Origin: Candidatus Brocadiia bacterium | GTDB lineage: Bacteria > Planctomycetota > Brocadiia > SM23-32 | Assembly (NCBI GenBank): GCA_046538485.1 | Contig: JBKHIT010000042.1 | Span: 1-42,482, forward strand | DNA length: 42,482 bases | Direction of reading: 5' to 3' | Part shown: positions 1 through 8,223 of the stretch, in pieces | Numbering within the stretch: position 1 is the stretch's first letter | Layout of the letters: every line of letters begins with the position of its first letter | Made by a program: the position numbers and the translations under genes | The notes under the pieces: generated by a model | Told to the model about the DNA's origin: nothing | The model's database searches: none | What the model saw: only the letters and a program-made list of their open reading frames with translations

Positions 1-282
1 GGAACGGGATCCGGGATGGCTGAATCCAGCATTCTGTTCCGAAGGAAAATTAAGGTATTTGCGCCCCGTCCGAGGGCAGAGCCAGCCGGGATTCTCGGGG
101 AATGTCCGGCAGCCGGACAGCGAAAAGACCTATAGCGCAAATTCCTTATCAACAGCAAACTTGAATCCCGGGAGGACATTCGGTTACCCTTTGGAGTTCG
201 GCATTAAACGTCTGAGATGCTTTTACTCTTCCCGTTCTATTGAGCACATTCGAATACTGTTCCCGCAACCGAGGATTAATCA

Positions 283-1137
283 GTGCCATATAAAATCGTT
301 GTTTGCATAAAACAAGTCCCCGACACCGAAAACTTGACCAGTAAAGCCATGAAAGAGGACGGGACGGTCAATCGCTCCGCCCTCCCCGCCATTGTCAACC
401 CCGAAGATCTCAACGCGCTGGAAATGGCGCTTCAGATCAAAGAAGAACACGGGGCCAACGTCACTGTAATCACAATGGGCCCCCCCTCCGCCACAGAGGC
501 ACTTCGGGAAGCTCTGTATCGAGGGGCCGATCACGTGATTCTGCTCACGGACCGCAAATTCGCTGCCTCTGACACGCTGGCAACAAGCTATATCCTGAGC
601 CAGGGAGTCCGACAAACCGGGCAACCCGATCTTGTCTTATGCGGGCGGCAGGCGATAGACGGCGATACGGCGCAGATTGGCCCTCAGCTGGCAGAAAAGC
701 TCCAATACCCACAGTGCACCTATGCCGACGAAATTTTGAATCTCACTAAGGATACAATCAAGGTTCGACGCAACCTGGGGCAAGGATACGAAATCCTTGA
801 ATCGCCGCTCCCTGCCCTGCTGACTGTCACCGAAGAGGCAAACGAGCCCCGCCCCCCCGCCGCGAAAAAACTTATGGTTCACAAAAAATCGCAGGCACTT
901 TGTGAACTCGAAAAGTCCGACGACTCCGAGGAAGATACGGAGCCGACAATTGACCAGTGGGGCGCCGAGGATATCGACTGCGATCTCGATCGGTGCGGCA
1001 GAAGTGGATCCCCAACAAAGGTCAAAAAAATCGAAAGCGTGCAGCTCGTTTCGGAAGAACATGCCAGGATTAAACCCTCCCTGGAAGGTCTTTCGGGACT
1101 GGTCCGGGAACTTATAGACGAACATATCATCGAATAA
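283..1137 (+). CDS. etfB: Electron transfer flavoprotein subunit beta
   Basis: N-terminal IVVCIKQVPDT, NPEDLNALE, TMGPP, SDTLATSYIL and GRQAIDGDTAQIG motifs; first gene of an etfB-etfA-acyl-CoA dehydrogenase cluster. Confidence 0.95.
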   Translation: MPYKIVVCIKQVPDTENLTSKAMKEDGTVNRSALPAIVNPEDLNALEMALQIKEEHGANVTVITMGPPSATEALREALYRGADHVILLTDRKFAASDTLATSYILSQGVRQTGQPDLVLCGRQAIDGDTAQIGPQLAEKLQYPQCTYADEILNLTKDTIKVRRNLGQGYEILESPLPALLTVTEEANEPRPPAAKKLMVHKKSQALCELEKSDDSEEDTEPTIDQWGAEDIDCDLDRCGRSGSPTKVKKIESVQLVSEEHARIKPSLEGLSGLVRELIDEHIIE

Positions 1138-1186
1138 TCGAAGAAACTCAACCAGCAGGAGCCGCCATCGGGCGGGTTAACATCGC

Positions 1187-2209
1187 ATGGCTGATGACCG
1201 TAAAGTCTGGGTTTTTGCAGAAGTTGAAAACGGAGAAATCGCCGACGTCAGTTTGCAGCTCGTCTCCAAAGCCACCGACCTGGCCGAGGAAATCGACGGA
1301 TGTGTCGGGGCGTTTCTCCTGGGCAATGAGGTCGAAGATCTTGCAAACGATCTCTTCGCTCATGGTTGCGACGACGTCCTTCTGTGCGAGGACGAACAGC
1401 TGGCCCAATACCGCACCCTCCCCTACACAGAAGTAATCACCGGCCTCATCTCGGACTGTGAGCCGGAAATCGTGCTCTTCGGGGCCACTCCCACCGGCCG
1501 TGATCTCGCCCCTCGGGTCGCCTCCCAGCTCCAGGTCGGACTCACCGCCGACTGTACCGACCTGCAGATCGGGCCCCATCGCGACGCCGTCAAAGATAAA
1601 ACCTACGACCAGGTTCTTTACCAGATCCGACCGGCGTTCGGCGGCAACATCATCGCTACCATCGTCAGCCCCGAAACGCAACCCCAGATGGCGACCGTGC
1701 GACCGGGCGTTATGCACAAAAATCAGCCGGATCCGAACGCCCACGGAACCCCGGAACGTATCGACGTGCACATTTCCGACGAATCGGGAGTTGTGAAACT
1801 GCTGGAAAAAGCCACGGCCGAGAAGACGGTGGATCTGGAAGGCGCCAATATCATCGTCGCCGGAGGGGCGGGCGTGGGAAGTGCCGACAATTTCGAGCTG
1901 ATCGAACAACTCGCCGACACCCTCGGGGGCGAAGTGGGTGCTTCCCGGGCCGCGGTCGATGGCGGATTCATCGAGAAAGCGCATCAGGTCGGCCAGACCG
2001 GCACAACCGTCCGACCCAAACTCTACATCGCGTGCGGGATCAGCGGAGCCGTCCAGCACAGAGTCGGAATGCAAAATGCCGGCAAGATCGTGGCCATCAA
2101 CACCGACCCCGACGCCCCGATATTCCAGATCGCCCATTACGGAATCGTCTGCGACCTCAATGAAGTCATCCCCCGATTGATCGAAGCATACGAAGAAAAC
2201 ACAAAATAG
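1187..2209 (+). CDS. etfA: Electron transfer flavoprotein subunit alpha
   Basis: GRDLAPR, GLTADCT, RPAFGG, GASRAAVD, QVGQTG and YIACGISGAVQH motifs. Confidence 0.95.
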   Translation: MADDRKVWVFAEVENGEIADVSLQLVSKATDLAEEIDGCVGAFLLGNEVEDLANDLFAHGCDDVLLCEDEQLAQYRTLPYTEVITGLISDCEPEIVLFGATPTGRDLAPRVASQLQVGLTADCTDLQIGPHRDAVKDKTYDQVLYQIRPAFGGNIIATIVSPETQPQMATVRPGVMHKNQPDPNAHGTPERIDVHISDESGVVKLLEKATAEKTVDLEGANIIVAGGAGVGSADNFELIEQLADTLGGEVGASRAAVDGGFIEKAHQVGQTGTTVRPKLYIACGISGAVQHRVGMQNAGKIVAINTDPDAPIFQIAHYGIVCDLNEVIPRLIEAYEENTK

Positions 2210-2227
2210 CTATTTGGAGCCAGAGCC

Positions 2228-3955
2228 TTGCCCAATTTTTTCAGCGATAACGAAGATATCGTCGACTACTTCGAAAATATGGATCTGCGTCAGATCGTAC
2301 AACTTCAGGAACGCGGGTTCCGCGATGCCGACGGGTACGATTACGCACCGGTCGACTACGAAGATACCATCGATTCCTACCGGCGGGTTCTGGAACTGGT
2401 GGGCGATCTCGCCGCCAATTTCATCGAACCACGGGCCGAACAGGTCGACCGCGAAGAAGCCCAGCTCATCGATGGCGAAGTGCATTACGCTCAAGGTACC
2501 CAGGAAGCCCTTGATCAGTTTGCAAAAGCCGACCTCATGGGCTTCACCCTGCCGCGGGAATACGGCGGTCTCAATCTCCCCGTCCTGCTCTACACCATGG
2601 CCATCGAAATCGTCAGCCGCGCCGATGCCAGCCTCATGAACCTGTTCGGACTCCAGGATATCGCCGAGACAATTGAATCGTTCGCGGATGAAGAAATCAA
2701 AGAACATTATCTGCCAAAGTTCACCAGCGGCGAAGTCACCGGCGCCATGGTCCTCACCGAACCCGATGCCGGTAGCGACCTGACAAATGTCCAGCTCAAA
2801 GCCACTTATGACGACGATGAAGATTGCTGGCATCTGGATGGCGTTAAACGGTTTATCACAAACGGATGCGCCGAAGTCCTGCTGGTGCTCGCCCGAAGTG
2901 AACCCGATACCTCCGGCGCCCGCGGGCTCTCCCTGTTCGTCTGTGAGGGCGATGAGACGGTTCAGGTCCGCCGCATTGAAGAGAAGCTCGGTATCCACGG
3001 TTCACCTACCTGCGAACTCCAGTTCAACCACACCCCCGCACAGCTGATCGGGAAACGCAAACGCGGTCTCAGCACCTACGTTATGGCCCTGATGAACGGC
3101 GCCCGTCTCGGAATCGCCGCCCAGGGCGTCGGTATCGCCCAGGCGGCGCTCTCAGAAGCGCTCGAATACGCCGCCACACGCGAGCAGTTCGGACAACCAA
3201 TACGCAATTTCCCGGCCGTGCGGCAGATGCTCGGCGATATGCACATGAAAGTCGAAACCGCCCGGCTCCTCTCCTACGAGACCTCCCGCATCGTCGATTT
3301 GCTGCAGAACATCGAGGAACTCAAAGAAACCGGGGAACTCGAAGATCTGCCCAACGGCGAGGAACTGAAATCCGACTACCGGTTCTACCGCCGACTCGCC
3401 TCCGCCCTCACCCCGCTGGCCAAATATTACGCCACCGAAATCTGCAACGAAGTCTGCTACGACTCCCTCCAGGTCCTCGGCGGAAGCGGATACATGCAGG
3501 ACTACGACGTCGAACGGTATTACCGCGACGCGCGCATCACCACGATCTATGAAGGCACCACTCAGATCCAGTTCAACGCGGCCGTCGGCTACATCACCCG
3601 CGGTTTTCTGGAAGAACGTTTCGAGCAACTCCACCAGGCCAACAGCGATGCACCCGACGAGATGCTCGAAGAACTGAAACAGGCCAGAGAATGGCTTCAG
3701 GAAGCCGTCGATTACGTCAACGAGCAGGACGATGATTTCCGCGACCTGAATTCCGGCCGGCTCTGCGAAAGCGCCACCTTCATCTACAACGGTTACCTCC
3801 TGCTCGAGCCTGCGATGCGCTCCGAGCATAAGATGGCGCTGGCAAAGAACTATTTCTCCGATGTCCTCGCCGAGGTGAAACACCGTCGCGATCAGATTCT
3901 CAGAGGCGATCGCACCTATCTCGATGAAATGCCAGCGCTGCTGGGCTACGAGTAA
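2228..3955 (+). CDS. Acyl-CoA dehydrogenase (long, 575 aa form)
   Basis: MVLTEPDAGSD, GVKRFITNG, KLGIHGSPT, REQFG, QVLGGSGY and ITTIYEGT motifs; directly follows etfA. Confidence 0.92.
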   Translation: MPNFFSDNEDIVDYFENMDLRQIVQLQERGFRDADGYDYAPVDYEDTIDSYRRVLELVGDLAANFIEPRAEQVDREEAQLIDGEVHYAQGTQEALDQFAKADLMGFTLPREYGGLNLPVLLYTMAIEIVSRADASLMNLFGLQDIAETIESFADEEIKEHYLPKFTSGEVTGAMVLTEPDAGSDLTNVQLKATYDDDEDCWHLDGVKRFITNGCAEVLLVLARSEPDTSGARGLSLFVCEGDETVQVRRIEEKLGIHGSPTCELQFNHTPAQLIGKRKRGLSTYVMALMNGARLGIAAQGVGIAQAALSEALEYAATREQFGQPIRNFPAVRQMLGDMHMKVETARLLSYETSRIVDLLQNIEELKETGELEDLPNGEELKSDYRFYRRLASALTPLAKYYATEICNEVCYDSLQVLGGSGYMQDYDVERYYRDARITTIYEGTTQIQFNAAVGYITRGFLEERFEQLHQANSDAPDEMLEELKQAREWLQEAVDYVNEQDDDFRDLNSGRLCESATFIYNGYLLLEPAMRSEHKMALAKNYFSDVLAEVKHRRDQILRGDRTYLDEMPALLGYE

Positions 3956-3977
3956 GACCCCGATCAGGCAGCTGCCC

Positions 3978-4841
3978 ATGAAAAAGCCAGGAATGGGGTT
4001 CCATGTCTCGATCTCCGGAGGACTCCCCCGTGCCATCGAGAGGGGCCGGGAGCGGCAAGCGACGGCTCTTCAGATTTTCTGCGATAACCCCCGCACCTGG
4101 AAACCCCACCCCCGGCCTGACGAAGAGATCGAGCGATTCAGATCCGCGCGGGAGGAAGCCGACCTTTCCCCGCTGATCGTCCATGCCTCATACCTTGTCA
4201 ATCCCGCTTCACCCGAACCTGAAGTCCACCGGAAAACCATCGACCGCCTGGCGTTTGAACTGGATTTGTCCGAGGAAATAGGAGCGGATTATTACGTTCT
4301 GCACCCGGGCAGTCGAAAAGGCCAGTCCATCAATGAAGGAATCGAGCGAACCGCCAGAACTCTCGTTCTGGCCGCCCAAAAAGCCACAGACAACCCGACA
4401 CTTCTGCTTGAAAATACCGCCGGAGACTACGGACCAGGGGGCGATTTCCGGGAGCTGCAAGCCGTTATTGAAAAACTCGATGCCGCGGACGCCATCTCCG
4501 AGACCGGTATCGCCGTCGATTCGTGCCATGCATTCGCGGCCGGATATGACTTTCGCCAGCCCGAAGAAGTCGAACGTCTGATTAACGACGTCGACCGGAC
4601 GGTTGGACGGGCCAAACTGCAGTTGTTGCATGCCAACGATTCGCGGGATCCGGCCGGCAGCGGAAGAGACCGGCACGAACATTTAGGGGAAGGCCAGATC
4701 GGCCTGGAAGGCCTGAAAAATCTGTTCGGTCACCGGGCGCTCTCGGGTCTGCCCATAATCCTCGAGACACCATGGGAATCCGTCGAACGAGACCGCCAGA
4801 ATATCCACACGTTGCGGCAGATACTGAATGTGAACGAATAA
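3978..4841 (+). CDS. nfo: Endonuclease IV (AP endonuclease family 2)
   Basis: GFHVSISGG, HASYLVN, HPGS, LENTAG, DSCHAFAAGYD, HANDS, DRHEHLGEG and ILETP Zn-ligand motifs; start moved to ATG 3978 to avoid overlap with the upstream gene. Confidence 0.92.
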   Translation: MKKPGMGFHVSISGGLPRAIERGRERQATALQIFCDNPRTWKPHPRPDEEIERFRSAREEADLSPLIVHASYLVNPASPEPEVHRKTIDRLAFELDLSEEIGADYYVLHPGSRKGQSINEGIERTARTLVLAAQKATDNPTLLLENTAGDYGPGGDFRELQAVIEKLDAADAISETGIAVDSCHAFAAGYDFRQPEEVERLINDVDRTVGRAKLQLLHANDSRDPAGSGRDRHEHLGEGQIGLEGLKNLFGHRALSGLPIILETPWESVERDRQNIHTLRQILNVNE

Positions 4842-4998
4842 AGTTCCAGAACTCGCAGATACCGCCCCGTGGAAGGCATATATCCCAATTACCCGGCTCA
4901 AGAACGCGCGAGACGCACGAGTCGTGCTGAAAGGTTTCAGAGCCACAAGCAGACTGGACTTCAGAATGCGGCCCAATTGTTCTTTTGTCGCTGTCGGA

Positions 4999-5985
4999 TC
5001 ACCCCATTCGCGGAGCGGTCCGCAAAAAGACGGACGAGAGCAACATCAAAAACCCCAGCGCCACGGCCGCGATGAATATCAGGGCCCGGCGCCACGATCC
5101 GATGGGGAGTCGTTTGACCTCGGGCGTTGGTTTCGTCTCGAGTCGATCGATATCCTGGAATACCTGTGCCAGCGTATCGACGTCGCTTGCCCGATAATAT
5201 TTCCCGCCACCGATTGATGCCACCCGTTTCAGCGCTTCTTCGTCCAGAGAGTAATCCTTCTCCCGCAGAACGGTCCGTCCGGATGGCATATGGACGGGAA
5301 TCGGCACTTTGCCGTCGGATCCGAGCCCGATGCTGTAGATTTTTACGCCGAGGTTGCGGGCTCTGCGTGCCGCTATTTCCGGCCTGATGTTGCCAGCAGT
5401 GTTCTCGCCGTCGGAGAGCACGATCACGGCACCTCCCCTTTCGCGCAAACGTGCGGCTGCCAGAAGGACCCCCTCCCCAAGAGCGGTTCGCCTCCCGGCC
5501 ATCTGCGGTTTAACGTGGTTCAACAGCTGCAAAGCGAGATTTCGATCGAACGTCAGCGGACATTGTGTCATCGCTGACCCGCCGAAAACCACCAGCCCTA
5601 TTCGATCCCCTTCACGCCGATGGATGAACTCGGTGCAGAGATCGATGCCGCCCTCCAAACGTGACAGCCGAGTGCCACCTGATCCAAAATCGACGCCGCG
5701 CATGCTTTCGGACGTATCGAGCGCGATCACAAAATCGCGCGCATAACGTTCCTCATAAACCGTTCGGCTTTCCGTATACGGTCCGGCTGCGGCAAGCACG
5801 AGAGCCGTGAAAGTCGCCCACTGCAGGATCGGGAGAACAGCAAGAGATCGAACTCGCCATGTTTTCCTGCTTGTGTCTGACACTCCCGGGTATGGGATCC
5901 TCGCTTTCCACCCCGTAAGCCTCATCACGAAAGGTATGAGGCCAAGTGGCAGAGCCAGAAGAAGCCAGGGATGCTCAAAGCTCAC
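4999..5985 (-). CDS. BatA-like von Willebrand factor A domain membrane protein
   Basis: SFEHPWLL N-terminus, MIDAS motif DTSESM, DRIGLVVFG, TQCPLTFD, LSDGENTAG and a C-terminal TM segment; GTG start at 5985 overlaps the upstream stop. Confidence 0.85.
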   Translation of the reverse strand: MSFEHPWLLLALPLGLIPFVMRLTGWKARIPYPGVSDTSRKTWRVRSLAVLPILQWATFTALVLAAAGPYTESRTVYEERYARDFVIALDTSESMRGVDFGSGGTRLSRLEGGIDLCTEFIHRREGDRIGLVVFGGSAMTQCPLTFDRNLALQLLNHVKPQMAGRRTALGEGVLLAAARLRERGGAVIVLSDGENTAGNIRPEIAARRARNLGVKIYSIGLGSDGKVPIPVHMPSGRTVLREKDYSLDEEALKRVASIGGGKYYRASDVDTLAQVFQDIDRLETKPTPEVKRLPIGSWRRALIFIAAVALGFLMLLSSVFLRTAPRMG

Positions 5986-6526
5986 CGGCGCTATCCTCCA
6001 AAAAGCTCCTTGCTGCGTCGAGGTCTCTCTTCCGCAAATCCACCGGGGGTTCTGCCCCGGCGTAAAGCGTTCGTTCGGCACGATGACAGATCTCTCCCGG
6101 GACTCCCAGCTCTTTCATCTCCTGCGATGTCATCGCCCAAGCAGTGACACCATATTTTCTCGAAAGAGCATCCCGCATGGACCACATTAAGGCTTCGTAG
6201 AAACACTCCGCGGAATCGGACGCATCGGCGTCGTCGAGAAGTTTTGGGAGATCCGGGAGCGGACCGGTTGTTTCCGAAGAATCTTTGATTTGTTTTCGTA
6301 ACCAGACCGCTGCAGCCAGTCCCACGGCCGCCCCGCCGAGCATGAGAGCCACAGGCAAAGCCGGCCAATCTCGTTCAGGCATTGGGACAGGCTCCAGAGG
6401 TCCTTTCAGCGCCTTGCTGGGATCTTCGTGGTGGGCGTCGGAAGAGGAAACGGGGGCAGAATAACTGTCACTGACGATGAAGACAGCGAGAATAATTACA
6501 CAGCTGAGCGCGATCACCTGGCGCAT
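5975..6526 (-). CDS. Hypothetical membrane protein (signal peptide plus one TM), probably Bat-operon associated
   Basis: Hydrophobic N-terminus, second TM (LPVALMLGGAAVGLAAAVW), AMTSQE motif, GGGAG RBS, coupled to the BatA-like gene. Confidence 0.7.
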   Translation of the reverse strand: MRQVIALSCVIILAVFIVSDSYSAPVSSSDAHHEDPSKALKGPLEPVPMPERDWPALPVALMLGGAAVGLAAAVWLRKQIKDSSETTGPLPDLPKLLDDADASDSAECFYEALMWSMRDALSRKYGVTAWAMTSQEMKELGVPGEICHRAERTLYAGAEPPVDLRKRDLDAARSFLEDSAGEL

Positions 6527-6604
6527 TTAATTCTCCCGTGAAATCTGATCCGACCAGAAACCATAGTAGCCGCCTGTTGCAATCAGTTCAATCGGCAGGG
6601 AAAC

Positions 6605-6633
6605 TTGACGGAAACAGCTATTTAAGCTACTTT
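6605..6633 (+). promoter_or_regulatory. Sigma70-like promoter of tRNA-Arg
   Basis: TTGACG (6605-6610), 17 nt spacer, TACTTT (6628-6633), 23 nt before the tRNA. Confidence 0.6.
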
Positions 6634-6656
6634 AGATATGGGAGCAAAAAAATGGC

Positions 6657-6733
6657 GCGCCCGTAGCTCAACTGGAAAGAGCGACGGTCTACGGAACCGT
6701 AGGTTCGGGGTTCGAATCCTCGCGGGCGTACCA
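6657..6733 (+). tRNA. tRNA-Arg, anticodon ACG
   Basis: Cloverleaf: acceptor GCGCCCG/CGGGCGT, D-arm GCTC/GAGC, anticodon stem ACGGT/ACCGT with loop CTACGGA, T-loop TTCGAAT, encoded CCA. Confidence 0.96.
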
Positions 6734-6897
6734 TTTCCTCATCGTCCCGATTACCTGCCTCCTGCACCTCTTCCTGTTGATTCTGGCCGAGAGATTATAT
6801 GTACCGTGGATGCATGAAATGATTGTCCACTGGCATGCAAATCACTTAAGAAGCACTTTTCAGCTGCCTGAATCCAGAAATTAGTAAAGCAGCTGCT

Positions 6898-7785
6898 ATG
6901 AAAAAACACAAAGATATCGCTGAAAAGGATTTGCACAGGTGGCCCGTTCGTGGCTGGGTTGGGATAGGGCTGGTAGCCGTTTTCTGGGCGCTGAACTGGG
7001 GCCTCTCCGGACTCCGTTCGCACTGGGCATTCTTCCCGCTCTGGGTGGGATACTGTCTGACCGTCGACGCGCTGGTGTACGTTCGCAAAGGGAGTTCGAT
7101 CTTCACCCGCAGTCGGAGAGGGTGGATTGCACTTTTTATCATGTCCGTTCCCGGTTGGTGGATATTCGAACTGCTCAACGCCCGGACGCAGAACTGGTCC
7201 TACCAGGGAATCCAGCATTTCAACCAGATAGAATACTTCATTCTGAGTTCGCTCTCGTTCTCCACTGTTGTGCCGGCCGTTCTGGGCACCGCGGAACTCG
7301 TCGGAACTTTCCGCTGGGTCCGCCACCTGCCTCAATGGATTTCTATCCGACCTGCGCGTCGCACAACCCTGATATTTTTTGCGATGGGACTGGCCATGCT
7401 GGGGTTGCTGCTGGGCTGGCCGGGGTGTTTTTTCCCGTTCCTGTGGCTGTCCGCTTATTTCTTGCTGGAACCAATAAACGTCTGGCTCGGCCGCGACTCG
7501 CTGCTGAATCACACCGCCCGAGGCGACTGGCGTCCGGTCGTAGCCCTGGGAATCGGCTGTCTGATCTGTGGTTTTTTCTGGGAGATGTGGAATTTCTACT
7601 CCTACCCGAAATGGGTCTATCGAGTGCCATTCGTGGATTTCTGGCACATCTTTGAGATGCCGCTGCTCGGTTACGGGGGCTACCTGGCCTTCTCGCTGGA
7701 GCTTTACGCTCTCTATAATTTGTTGAAGAGGTTATTCATCGGACGGGATAAAAAGCTGGTGCGGTTGATTGAGGATGGTCAGTAA
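6898..7785 (+). CDS. Trp-rich polytopic membrane protein of unknown function
   Basis: About 8 hydrophobic segments; two related motifs WWIFELLN...NWSY and FWEMWN...KWVY, plus FEMPLLGY. Confidence 0.75.
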   Translation: MKKHKDIAEKDLHRWPVRGWVGIGLVAVFWALNWGLSGLRSHWAFFPLWVGYCLTVDALVYVRKGSSIFTRSRRGWIALFIMSVPGWWIFELLNARTQNWSYQGIQHFNQIEYFILSSLSFSTVVPAVLGTAELVGTFRWVRHLPQWISIRPARRTTLIFFAMGLAMLGLLLGWPGCFFPFLWLSAYFLLEPINVWLGRDSLLNHTARGDWRPVVALGIGCLICGFFWEMWNFYSYPKWVYRVPFVDFWHIFEMPLLGYGGYLAFSLELYALYNLLKRLFIGRDKKLVRLIEDGQ

Positions 7786-7878
7786 TTTGAATGAGTCCCG
7801 AACTTCGTGTCACATGCGGATATGCCTCCTGTGAACCGGCCCTCAGGCCCGGTAAGCATGATGGAGCCGCACGACGAG

Positions 7879-8086
7879 CCTCCTCCGCGCAAGGCTACGG
7901 AGCCCAAAAAGCCTCTGCTACAGGCGTACCGATCATAGCCAGAAAAACCATGTGGCACAGCCTCTCCAGGCTGTGAACCGGGTCGCAAGACCCGGAATGC
8001 CGTGTGCAGAATAGAAAATACGCCACAAACAGGACAAAATACGTACACCAAACGGCCACCGCCACAGGCTGGAGAGCCTGTGCTAC
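7879..8086. repeat. Cluster of REP-like palindromes (inverted pair)
   Basis: GTGG-CACAGCCT-CTCC-AGGCTGTG at 7952-7975 and inverted GTAG-CACAGGCT-CTCC-AGCCTGTG at 8063-8086; 7948-7985 is identical to 19886-19923. Confidence 0.85.
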
Positions 8087-8223
8087 ATACGTTCATGACA
8101 TTCCCAGTGGGCTTACGAGGGCACGCGATCCGGGGCTATGTTTGAAAGTTCGAGCCCAGGCCATCCCGAAACGAAACTCTGGCCCCCGCCTCTGTGCATC
8201 GCTTGAGGACGCCTCTACCCTTC

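Noticed and set aside
6657..8200. Genomic island integrated at tRNA-Arg
   Set aside because: No integrase and no duplicated tRNA 3' end seen in the window
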